Source: a virus
Lineage: Duplodnaviria; Caudoviricetes
DNA: 43,493 nucleotides
Virus record (IMG/VR): IMGVR_UViG_3300024043_000020
Location: 1 to 43,493 of that record
Strand: one strand, 5' to 3'
Position numbers and translations under genes: made by a program. Numbering within the stretch: position 1 is the stretch's first letter; every line of letters begins with the position of its first letter. Below, in pieces: positions 1 to 7,907 of this stretch. The notes beneath the pieces were generated by a model. The model ran no database searches and was not told the DNA's origin. It saw only the letters and a program-made list of their open reading frames with translations.

Positions 1-1196
1 GCTGTCACCTCCATAGAACGGGACGCCCCGGTGATCGCCAGCCGCCGACTCGCCACCAGTTCGGCCGCATCCCGCACGGGCTTGTCCTCGGTATGAACAT
101 AGTGCATAAACATCGCCACGGTCTTATGGCCTGTGAGCTTCATGCCCACCTTGGTTGGCACGCCTGAGTTGGCAATGTCGGTCGTCGCTCGGTGACGGAT
201 GCCATGCGTGCCGACGTGCGGGACGCCAGCGGCCTTGAGCACACGCGTCCAGCCGCCATAGTATTCGCCGTGGGTCATGTGCCGGGTCGGGTCATTCGGC
301 GACGGCAGGACATAGGGGCAACCTTCCCGGCGCGGCGCTGTGGACAGCAGCCGATAGGCTTCCTCGCTCATGGGCTTGGAGATGCCGCCGGTCTTGCTGT
401 CGGGCCAGACGACACGGCGGTTTTCCAGATCAATCCAGCCCCACTCCAGCGGGCAGATTTCGGAGCGGCGGGCGGCGAACTCGAATTGCAGGCGGATCGC
501 CAGCGGGATGACGTAGTTCTCCAGCCCCTCGGCTTCCAGATGTTCCAGGTGGCGGAAGATCCGCACCAGCTCATCGTCCACGATCAGCCGGGTTTCCTTG
601 CCAGGTGGATACATCGGAACATGGCGGCAAGGATTCGTGCCGTCAGGGCGCAGCCCCCACACTTCGGCCAGGTTGAACATCTTGCGCAGTACACCGAAGG
701 TACGGTTGGCCTCGGCCTGCTTGTAGGCCAGCTTCTTCATCAGCGCGGCCACGTCCGGGCGCTTCACGTCCTGCACCTTCATCCGGCCCATGATCGGGAT
801 GATGCAGCGGTCAATCACGCCCTGATAGCCGCGTTGCGTGCTGGGGTTGTTGCGCTGCTTGGAGTAATCCTCCATGAAGGTGTGGCAAAACTCCTTCATG
901 GTCGGCGCCTTGCGGGCGGCGTTCTTGGCCGCGCTCGGGTCACCACCTTTGCGTACCTCGGCCAGCCACTCCTGCGCCATCGTGCGTGCCTGATCGACCG
1001 TCAGTTCCCCGTACTGGCCCAAAGCGGGCTTGCGGCGCTCGCCAGCGTTCGTGCGGTACTGGAGCATGAACACCTTGCGGCCCGCCGGGGTGATCTTGCA
1101 CAGGAAGCCGGGCACCACGGTGTCCCGCAGTTCGATGGCCTTGTCTTGGGGTTGTGCCGCATCGACTGCGGACTTGGTGAGCTTGATTTTCGCCAT
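1..1196 (-). CDS. int: Tyrosine recombinase/integrase of a Tn4371-family ICE (3' end runs off the window)
   Basis: Not in the ORF track; read manually from ATG at 1196: MAKIKLTKSAVDAAQPQDKAIELRDTVVPGFLCKITPAGRKVFMLQYRT... (arm-binding N-terminus). The C-terminal part has HGIRHR and LTGHKTVAMFMHYVH (HxxR, H, Y catalytic residues). Frame is open to base 1 (...MEVTA). Confidence 0.93.
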   Translation of the reverse strand, partial: MAKIKLTKSAVDAAQPQDKAIELRDTVVPGFLCKITPAGRKVFMLQYRTNAGERRKPALGQYGELTVDQARTMAQEWLAEVRKGGDPSAAKNAARKAPTMKEFCHTFMEDYSKQRNNPSTQRGYQGVIDRCIIPIMGRMKVQDVKRPDVAALMKKLAYKQAEANRTFGVLRKMFNLAEVWGLRPDGTNPCRHVPMYPPGKETRLIVDDELVRIFRHLEHLEAEGLENYVIPLAIRLQFEFAARRSEICPLEWGWIDLENRRVVWPDSKTGGISKPMSEEAYRLLSTAPRREGCPYVLPSPNDPTRHMTHGEYYGGWTRVLKAAGVPHVGTHGIRHRATTDIANSGVPTKVGMKLTGHKTVAMFMHYVHTEDKPVRDAAELVASRRLAITGASRSMEVT

Positions 1197-1332
1197 GATG
1201 ACTCCTCGGAAAGCCCGGTTTCCAAGAGCCGCATGGGAGCCACGCGAGGGGAAGCCGGGTCAAGTTTCGGAAAGCACCGGCATATGTTGAACTCGCCTAA
1301 GTGATTGATAAACCTGCTGTATCGAGCCTTGG

Positions 1333-1338
1333 CGTAGT
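1333..1338 (+). repeat. Left copy of 6-bp target-site duplication CGTAGT
   Basis: CGTAGT immediately precedes TG at 1339; an identical copy follows CA at 42067-42072. Confidence 0.93.
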
Positions 1339-1381
1339 TGAATGGGAATGAGATAAATGAAGGGGAACGGTTGAGATAATA
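1339..1381 (+). repeat. Left end with putative transposase-binding repeats
   Basis: Left end TGAATGGGAATGAGATAAATG...TTGAGATAAT versus reverse-complemented right end TGAAGCGGCGCGCGATAAATG...ATGAGATAAAT: TGAA at positions 1-4, GATAAATG at 14-21 and TGAGATAA at 34-41 in both. Confidence 0.8.
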
Positions 1382-1469
1382 CCGAAACCAGATGGGACGT
1401 TCCGGGATTTTCTGGGATGAATCTGTAAAGAGATTACAAAAAAAAGGCCCCAAAAAATTCGGCCAAAAT

Positions 1470-1823
1470 TTACTCGAAAAGCCGCGGCTGGCGCCGCCCC
1501 ATTTCCCGCTGGTGAACCCGGTCCAGCAGCTTACGCATGCCGCGGTCGGTCATCTGATACTTGCGCGCCAGGACATCATAATTATTGCCGTTGAACTCAG
1601 CGTAGATCAACAAGTCCCGTTTTGCCAGCTTGTAGAAATAATCCTTCGGGAAGCAAACCGTCTGGCCGCCCCAGTTCTCAGCCATGTGGTCGGCCAACGC
1701 CAGCGCAGCCTGCTCGGCGATCTCGGCGGAAATACCGTGGTCCATCAGAACGTTGATGCTGTGGGCAACCATATCAGCGAGCAGCTCATGGCGTTTAAAC
1801 TCCATGCGAGATTCAGACTTCAT
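1470..1823 (-). CDS. mor: Mor/C-family transcriptional activator
   Basis: WGGQTVCFPK ... RDLLIYAEFNGNNYDVLARKYQMT is typical of the Mor family; adjacent to gemA. Confidence 0.9.
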   Translation of the reverse strand: MKSESRMEFKRHELLADMVAHSINVLMDHGISAEIAEQAALALADHMAENWGGQTVCFPKDYFYKLAKRDLLIYAEFNGNNYDVLARKYQMTDRGMRKLLDRVHQREMGRRQPRLFE

Positions 1824-2431
1824 CGAGCAGCCCTACCTTTCAGGTCAACCAACAATTCCCAGGCAGCGTGCATCGGATCGAAAGTGCCTCGGGTAAATGC
1901 TGTGGACAGTGCACCATTCAGCTGCAACCTCTCTACATCGGTCAGGGGAAGCGTGCTGACTTCCTGAGCCAATGTCCTGATCGCCTGGGGCAAAAAGCGC
2001 ATCGCCCACTTCTTCAGCGTTTCGATCAAGCGTTCCGCCTGGTGGGCGTTCGTCCATTGCATGGCATCGACGCCAGCCAAGCGCTTGACGTATCCAGCCA
2101 GCGCCGCCTCGGACGGATTCTTGACCACGCCCAAATCGTGCAGGAACAGCCACAAGGCGCGGATTTTCTTGCTCTCGGGGTCCTGAGCAAGCGGCCGAGA
2201 CGAGCTTGCCCGAGCCGACTTACCCTTGGAGCGCACCTTGAATCCAGACCGCTTCATCCGCTCCAAAACCCTGTCGAGTTGTGGAACGGTCATCTTGGCG
2301 GCCGAATCCGGCAGTTCCAAATTCCGCAGCATGGCCCGATAGGTGTCATCGTCCATTGCCAGATCGCGCCGTCCGACATGGATGAGGCGAATCAAGCGCT
2401 GGCGGGCAAGATCGGCAGCCATGTCAATCAC
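1820..2431 (-). CDS. gemA: GemA (Mu gp16-like) protein
   Basis: LIRLIHVGRRDLAMDDDTYRAML...KIRALW...LIETLKKW motifs; the true start may be ATG at 2422. Confidence 0.9.
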   Translation of the reverse strand: MIDMAADLARQRLIRLIHVGRRDLAMDDDTYRAMLRNLELPDSAAKMTVPQLDRVLERMKRSGFKVRSKGKSARASSSRPLAQDPESKKIRALWLFLHDLGVVKNPSEAALAGYVKRLAGVDAMQWTNAHQAERLIETLKKWAMRFLPQAIRTLAQEVSTLPLTDVERLQLNGALSTAFTRGTFDPMHAAWELLVDLKGRAAR

Positions 2432-3123
2432 TCCAGGGCAAGCCGTTGGCTCGTGCCACCGACACCGTGATTCAACCGCACATCCTTTCCAGAACGGCTG
2501 CCGGCCGCATAATCGTCATATTCGTGGTCGCGCAGGCTGCGGCCATCATTGCGGTCACGGCTTTGTAGGTTTTTCAGACTGGGATAGTGCTTGGCCATGA
2601 ACGCTTCGATCGCGGCACCCTGCTGTTCGTCGCCAGAAAACGCGACGATGGCGCCCGCGACGGACCGCACCCAGCCTTCGCTGAAGAGATCGGCGCGTCT
2701 GGTCTTGGTGGCCACCTTGCAGCGCTTCAGACGTGATTTGATGTGGTCCTCGCGCGCACGCTTGGCTTGACGATGGAGCACCGCAAAGGCGTAGTGAGCA
2801 ATCTCCGGGGACGCCCCGCAGCCGATGAAGCACCATTCACCTGGCCTGCGCCAGAAACCACCCGAAAAGATGACCCGGCAGCTGAAGGCGTCGGCGATTT
2901 TGGTGGCCAGCATCGTCTCCCAATTCGAAGGCTGGCTCTTCGCGCCGGATTTTGCGCGGCGCTCTTCAGCTTCAGCCGCCTGCACGTCGAGGTCGGTGAC
3001 GCCGTGCATTTCCATCATCTTTCGCGCTTGGCGCAGCGCCGCCTCGGCCTCATGCTCGTTACTGCTTGCCGACAGCGCCAGGCATTTCTTGATCTTGTCC
3101 AGAATCTTGCTGCGATCGCTCAT
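2428..3123 (-). CDS. DUF2786-domain phage protein
   Basis: N-terminal KILDKIKKCLALSASSNEHEAEAALRQARKMM is the DUF2786 signature. Confidence 0.85.
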   Translation of the reverse strand: MSDRSKILDKIKKCLALSASSNEHEAEAALRQARKMMEMHGVTDLDVQAAEAEERRAKSGAKSQPSNWETMLATKIADAFSCRVIFSGGFWRRPGEWCFIGCGASPEIAHYAFAVLHRQAKRAREDHIKSRLKRCKVATKTRRADLFSEGWVRSVAGAIVAFSGDEQQGAAIEAFMAKHYPSLKNLQSRDRNDGRSLRDHEYDDYAAGSRSGKDVRLNHGVGGTSQRLALE

Positions 3124-3141
3124 TTTTTCAGGTATCCGGAT

Positions 3142-3345
3142 TTAGCTGTGGTTGCCCACATCTAGATGAAGAAGGTCTGGCCAGGTCTGCCATCTCAATT
3201 CGGAGCGTGTCTTCCAAGGCTCGCCGTTTTTCGCCACAACCACCATCCCCGGCGTCTGTGGGGGGGCATCCAACCGAACCAGCCCTGTAAGGCCGCCTTC
3301 TTCACGCCAAAGACCAGGCAATGCCTGCACTTCTTGTTTGTTCAT
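3142..3345 (-). CDS. Hypothetical protein (67 aa)
   Basis: ATG at 3345 preceded by an AGGAG SD; co-oriented with the early operon. Confidence 0.6.
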   Translation of the reverse strand: MNKQEVQALPGLWREEGGLTGLVRLDAPPQTPGMVVVAKNGEPWKTRSELRWQTWPDLLHLDVGNHS

Positions 3346-3433
3346 CAACTGCTCCTAAAAACGGATTTCAGCGTGGGGAAACACACTCAAATCCGGATAT
3401 CCGATGACGCCTATGTCGATTTAGTATGAAAGG

Positions 3434-3460
3434 CAAGCCGCCCGCGACGCGAGCGGCTTG
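3434..3460 (-). terminator. Possible terminator hairpin downstream of the HU-like gene
   Basis: CAAGCCGC...GCGGCTTG stem, followed on the minus strand by a weak CCTTTCATA tract. Confidence 0.4.
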
Positions 3461-3470
3461 AGGCGATGGC

Positions 3471-3746
3471 TTAAGCGTCGACCGCGGCCTTCAGCACCTT
3501 GGCCGCCGTAAAAACTGGCTTGTTCCTAGCCGGGATTTCGATCTCCTCGCCGGTCTTCGGATTGCGTCCGGTGCGAGCGTTGGTTTGCTTCACCTTCAGC
3601 TTGCCGATGCCCGGCAAGATCACCTCATCGCCGCCGGCCAAGGCCGACTGCACCGTCTCGCCGGTAGCCTTCAGGACGGTCTCCACTACCGACTTGGAAA
3701 CATCGGCGGTGTCGGCAACAGCTGCGATCAGTTCTGCTTGATTCAT
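3471..3746 (-). CDS. HU-family DNA-binding protein
   Basis: MNQAELIAAVA...ARTGRNPKTGEEIEIPARNKPVFTAAKVLKAAV; the real start is ATG 3746, inside the longer ORF. Confidence 0.93.
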   Translation of the reverse strand: MNQAELIAAVADTADVSKSVVETVLKATGETVQSALAGGDEVILPGIGKLKVKQTNARTGRNPKTGEEIEIPARNKPVFTAAKVLKAAVDA

Positions 3747-3887
3747 GGATTTCCTCGCTATGAGATTTAGAAAATGCCCCTTTACGTGGGGCGGCCGGGT
3801 TGCGCAAAAGTGGAAAGGACACCAATCGCAACCTGCTGCTGTTTTTTCTAGAGACGCCACCGGCAGCTGGGCGCTTGGAACGACTGC

Positions 3888-4145
3888 TTACTGCCGTCGC
3901 CCCAGCACGCGCCGATGCAGCCACATGCTGGTTACGATTCCGAATGGGCCACCGGCGAGATACGCCGCCAGCAGCCATGCATCACCGCCCTGGGGAACGG
4001 TGCGCAAGATCACCAGGTTGCTGCCGCCGATCAGGAACGACGTGATGAATGCGGCGGCGTAGTGGCCGTTATTGACGTTGAGCGACTGGAATCCCAAGGC
4101 GAACACCAGGACAAACGTCGAGCCGAAGATCATGAGCGTGGTCAT
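3888..4145 (-). CDS. Small multi-TM membrane protein (85 aa)
   Basis: MTTLMIFGSTFVLVFALGFQSLNVNNGHY...; ATGA overlap with the upstream stop; about three hydrophobic segments. Confidence 0.75.
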   Translation of the reverse strand: MTTLMIFGSTFVLVFALGFQSLNVNNGHYAAAFITSFLIGGSNLVILRTVPQGGDAWLLAAYLAGGPFGIVTSMWLHRRVLGRRQ

Positions 4146-4762
4146 ACGGTGGCGATATCCAGGCTGAGCGGTGCGTACTGGTCGCTGTCGCCGATGCGCT
4201 CGTAGAAGCGGATGTACTGCTTGCTGCCGACGACCTGCACCGATTCGCCGATCGCCTGCATTGCGCGCAGCCACTTTTCGTGCTTGATGTCGAGCCGCCG
4301 CAGGCCAAGCACACGGCCGGTATTGAGATTGCCTTCCTTGTCGGTTTTGAACGCGTCCTGCACAAGCACCTGGATCTCGGGTGGACTCCCTTCGCTCCAT
4401 TCGCGGATGCATGCGTCGATTAAAGCCTTGGCTGCCTGAAGGCGCTCGTCGAACACGATGCTCTCGGCCGTCGCCACCTGAATGCGGTAGCGGCCGTCGT
4501 AGCTGTACAGCGTGATGTTGCCTTTCTTGCCGCCCAGGGAGACGCCGTACTGTTCGGCCGACAGGGTGACGAAGGCGTTCACGTCGGCGAACACAGCGGC
4601 CTTGAATTGCGCCAGCAAGCCGTGGGTGATTTGCGCCCGCTTGAAAATTTCCTGCACCAGCTCGTCACGCGTCTTATCGATCGGCTTGAGCATGGATTCG
4701 TGGACCAGGCGGCCTTGTGCGTCTTGGCGGTAGCCGTCAGGTATAGGTTGTTTTGTTGCCAT
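4142..4762 (-). CDS. DUF3164-family protein of Mu-like phages
   Basis: IPDGYRQDAQGRLV...SAEQYGVSLGGKKGNITLYSYDG...FDERLQAAKALID; start at ATG 4762. Confidence 0.88.
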   Translation of the reverse strand: MATKQPIPDGYRQDAQGRLVHESMLKPIDKTRDELVQEIFKRAQITHGLLAQFKAAVFADVNAFVTLSAEQYGVSLGGKKGNITLYSYDGRYRIQVATAESIVFDERLQAAKALIDACIREWSEGSPPEIQVLVQDAFKTDKEGNLNTGRVLGLRRLDIKHEKWLRAMQAIGESVQVVGSKQYIRFYERIGDSDQYAPLSLDIATV

Positions 4763-4770
4763 TGATATCC

Positions 4771-5124
4771 TCACGTATTCAGGTTGAGCTGCCCCAACAA
4801 CGCAGGCAGCGTGATTTTTCTCATGCGCGCTTCCAGCTTCAGGCTGTGCAGCGCGCGGCTGCGCAAGAACTGGCAGCATTCCTCAAACTCGGCTACTGTC
4901 TCAGCGACGTAGTAGCCGGTATCCGGCGTGCCGACGATTGCCACGCCTTGTTCCCTGGCATCCGAGATCAGCTTGCGCAGGCTGCGTTCGCTGATGCCGG
5001 TCTGCGCCGCCAGGTGCGCGGCGCGGACGCCTCGCTTGCGGCCTTTGTGCTGCGTCGTCATCACATTGATCAGCAGCGCTAGCAGCTGGTCTTGCGTATC
5101 TCGAAACGGCAGGCCGGTTTGCAT
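4771..5124 (-). CDS. HTH/winged-helix hypothetical protein
   Basis: AAHLAAQTGISERSLRKLISDAREQGVAIVGTPDTGYY. Confidence 0.75.
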   Translation of the reverse strand: MQTGLPFRDTQDQLLALLINVMTTQHKGRKRGVRAAHLAAQTGISERSLRKLISDAREQGVAIVGTPDTGYYVAETVAEFEECCQFLRSRALHSLKLEARMRKITLPALLGQLNLNT

Positions 5125-5126
5125 GG

Positions 5127-5714
5127 CTATCCCCCTCTGTTCCGGGTTTTCAGCGAATTAAGCTGTTCGCGCACGTGGGCCGGCATCGCGGTTTTCGGCA
5201 GTGACGCATCCAGCCGCACCGGTCCAGATGTCTGGACCGCCGGCCGGTCTGGCACCGCGCCGAATCCGGCATGGCCGGCGCGCTGCTTTTCAGCCGTGGA
5301 TTCAGACTTGGCCTCGGCCTTGTTGGCGTAGCCGACGATCACCTCGAACAGGTAGCCGTGGCTCCCGAGCGGCGTGCGCAGGCCGCCGGCGTGGCCGCGG
5401 TTGACCAGCTCTTCGAATGCCTGTTGCCAGTACGCGACCGGCGCCGGCCAGACGCGGCCGTCCCGCTCGATCTGCGCCGAGCGGATCATTGCCACCAGCT
5501 CATTCGCCAGGCCCGCCACACGCTCGTAGCGCATCGCCGTCCGCTTCGGCGCGAACAGGCCGATGTAGCCGAGCAGCGGCCGCAACAGGCGTGCGCCGTC
5601 CGGGTGCGCGTTGACCAGGGCAAGCATCGCTTCGCGCACGCCCTGATGCGCGAACACCACGTCCCAGGTCAACGGATTGCGGCAGACCGGACAATCGAAT
5701 GAAGGCATCGTCAT
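5127..5714 (-). CDS. Conserved Mu-like phage protein with N-terminal CxxC
   Basis: FDCPVC...YIGLFAP...PLGSHGYLFEVI; coupled to neighbouring genes. Confidence 0.8.
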   Translation of the reverse strand: MTMPSFDCPVCRNPLTWDVVFAHQGVREAMLALVNAHPDGARLLRPLLGYIGLFAPKRTAMRYERVAGLANELVAMIRSAQIERDGRVWPAPVAYWQQAFEELVNRGHAGGLRTPLGSHGYLFEVIVGYANKAEAKSESTAEKQRAGHAGFGAVPDRPAVQTSGPVRLDASLPKTAMPAHVREQLNSLKTRNRGG

Positions 5715-5902
5715 TCGCTGGCCTTCTCTGCTGTCGACGATGCGGCCGCGGGTACGGCGGGCTTCTGCAGGCTGCTGTCGGGCTTTGCCGGCGGCTTGCG
5801 GGTCAGCGCCGCCAGCAAGCTCATGGCGTAGCTGCCGGTAGCGCGGATCGTCACGCCATTGGCGTGATTCGTCACGGTGATGCGGGATTTCGGCTTAGCC
5901 AT
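5711..5902 (-). CDS. Hypothetical protein (63 aa)
   Basis: MAKPKSRITVTNHANG... from ATG 5902 with a GGAGG SD; overlaps both neighbours. Confidence 0.65.
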   Translation of the reverse strand: MAKPKSRITVTNHANGVTIRATGSYAMSLLAALTRKPPAKPDSSLQKPAVPAAASSTAEKASE

Positions 5903-6218
5903 GTGCCGCCTCCGCCACGCCACCGGCGCGCTCTTCCAGCTCGCGGATGGCCGGGCTATCGACAGTGACGCCGGCAATCGCGAGGGCCGCCACCAGGCGC
6001 TCATACGCCATCTTCTCGCTGAGCTCGAACATCCCATTGGTGCGGATCACGCTGGCGGCAAATGCCGCCGCGTCGATCAATGTCGGTGCCGCAGAAAATT
6101 GCCGGGCCATGAACTCCTGCGGAATGCACTTGGCGACCGTCATTTCCCCTGGGATGCCCGCATCAAGCACCACGCGAAAGCCGGTCGGATTCTTATGTAC
6201 GCTCAGATTTACACCCAT
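5895..6218 (-). CDS. Hypothetical protein (107 aa)
   Basis: MGVNLSVHKNPTGFRVVLDAG... from ATG 6218 with a GGAG SD. Confidence 0.65.
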   Translation of the reverse strand: MGVNLSVHKNPTGFRVVLDAGIPGEMTVAKCIPQEFMARQFSAAPTLIDAAAFAASVIRTNGMFELSEKMAYERLVAALAIAGVTVDSPAIRELEERAGGVAEAAHG

Positions 6219-6219
6219 G

Positions 6220-6318
6220 TCACGCTCCGATCGATCGAATGAAGAAACCCGCAAGGAAGACCGCCACGGTCCACAGCAGCAGCGCCGCGCGCGTATGCTT
6301 GAATGTGCGGAACGTCAT
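6220..6318 (-). CDS. 32-aa single-TM micro-protein (not in the ORF track)
   Basis: MTFRTFKHTRAALLLWTVAVFLAGFFIRSIGA*; ATGA overlap with the upstream stop, GGAGG SD, stop 1 nt before the next ATG. Confidence 0.7.
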   Translation of the reverse strand: MTFRTFKHTRAALLLWTVAVFLAGFFIRSIGA

Positions 6319-6638
6319 GGCGCCTCCGTATTGATCGCCATCAGCTCGAGCCGCAAGGCCTTGCTGCGCTTGTCGTTGTCAGCCAGCAGCGCGCAAAAAT
6401 TCGATTCTTCCGCCTTGAGTCGAGCGCGTTCGTAAGCGAGGTTTTTCGCGGCCTCGGCATTGCACCGCTCGATGCGCCATAGTTTCCACACCAGCCGCAG
6501 CCGGCGACTCGCGCGGTGCAGTTCGGCCAGGACTGGATTGCGGCGCGCGCGCCGGGGTGTACGTCGCAATTGAGGAAGTGAAAAGACTTCCCGGGACAGC
6601 TGCGGCATCAGGAATTTTTCGGTGATGAAGGTCTTCAT
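6315..6638 (-). CDS. Hypothetical basic/coiled-coil protein
   Basis: 107-aa ORF starting 1 nt after the B-protein stop. Confidence 0.7.
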   Translation of the reverse strand: MKTFITEKFLMPQLSREVFSLPQLRRTPRRARRNPVLAELHRASRRLRLVWKLWRIERCNAEAAKNLAYERARLKAEESNFCALLADNDKRSKALRLELMAINTEAP

Positions 6639-6639
6639 G

Positions 6640-7884
6640 TCAGGCCCTCACCGCCGCAGCGATCAGCTCGCCGGTGATCTTCGGCGCGCCGATCTTCACC
6701 GCCTCGTTCATCGCGCCCGCGACCAGGTTGTTCACCGCCAGCGGATAGCACAGCGACTGCGTCCGCACCGCGCGGGTGCCACGGTTGCCCTCGGTACTGG
6801 AAATGCGCAGCCGGTTGCGGATTTCATCGACCGCGGAGGCATCGAACAGCGCATCAAAATCCGCCTCGACCCGGCCGAACTTGTGCCGCAGGTAGCCCTC
6901 GACGTGGTTGTCCAGCGGCGCCAGCTCGACGATCTCGCAGCGCTGCACCACTTCCCGCACCTCGGGGTTGTGTTCCGACAGCTTCCAGCGCAGCTCGGTC
7001 TGCCCGATCAGGACGATCGACAGCAGCTTCTTGAATCCTTCGTGCAGCTCGAAGAAGCGCTTCAGGTGCTTCAAGGTCGGGATCGGCAGGCCGTGCGCCT
7101 CCTCGATCACCAGCACATGCTTGCGGCCAGTCTGCGCCGACGCCCGCAGCAGCTCGTGCATCTGGCGCGCGCGCGCCTCGCTGCTGCGGCGCGGCTTGGC
7201 GTTCGGATCGATGGTCTGGATGATGGCGGCGGCGATGTCGATCGACTTCAACACCTTGCCCTTGTTGTCGTTGTCTTCCAGGCCCAGCACGTATGGCTCG
7301 ATCACGGTGATCGGCTCACGGTTGACGTTGATCCACTCGATCAGGTCTTGCCGCAGCGTCGACTTGCCGGCGCCGGATTCCCCGATTACCGCCAGCATGC
7401 CGCCGTGCTTCGCAGTCTGACGGATCGACGCCCGCACATAGCGGATATCGTCCGACAGGAACACATCGGCATCGCTCTGCATTTCGTCCGTGAACGGATC
7501 GCGCGGGATGCGGAAGCGCCGGCGCGCGTCAGCGGTCAGGGTATGTTTTCGTAGTAGCATTTCGGCGGGCTCCCTTTCATCGTTGGTGGTGGACGCGAGT
7601 TCTTCCGGCGCGGCGGCGTTCTTGGCGGGACTCGCCGTGCCGGAATCTTCGTTGTGGAACAGCTTGCGCATGTGGGCGTTGGTGGCGCCGTGCGCGAACA
7701 GGAATGCCTTGATCTGCGACTCGATCGCCGCGCGCTCGGTCAGCCGCGGCCAGTCATCGTGATTGATGATCTGCGCCAGCGTCCCTTGCGACATCGCTTT
7801 GCCGTTTTCCAGCAAGACCTTGGCCGCCAGCGCTGCCTGCGACGTCCGCAGTTCGGACAGCACCCGCTTCAATTTCAATGCCAT
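6640..7884 (-). CDS. Transposition protein B (ExeA-like AAA ATPase with N-terminal HTH)
   Basis: Walker A GESGAGKST, Walker B VLVIEEAH, LIGQTEL; directly downstream of the transposase. Confidence 0.92.
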   Translation of the reverse strand: MALKLKRVLSELRTSQAALAAKVLLENGKAMSQGTLAQIINHDDWPRLTERAAIESQIKAFLFAHGATNAHMRKLFHNEDSGTASPAKNAAAPEELASTTNDEREPAEMLLRKHTLTADARRRFRIPRDPFTDEMQSDADVFLSDDIRYVRASIRQTAKHGGMLAVIGESGAGKSTLRQDLIEWINVNREPITVIEPYVLGLEDNDNKGKVLKSIDIAAAIIQTIDPNAKPRRSSEARARQMHELLRASAQTGRKHVLVIEEAHGLPIPTLKHLKRFFELHEGFKKLLSIVLIGQTELRWKLSEHNPEVREVVQRCEIVELAPLDNHVEGYLRHKFGRVEADFDALFDASAVDEIRNRLRISSTEGNRGTRAVRTQSLCYPLAVNNLVAGAMNEAVKIGAPKITGELIAAAVRA

Positions 7885-7907
7885 GTGGCTCCCCTTCGGT
7901 GCTACGG

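Noticed and set aside
192-1304. 370-aa + strand ORF
   Set aside because: Antisense shadow of the integrase, which the ORF track missed because its stop lies outside the window.
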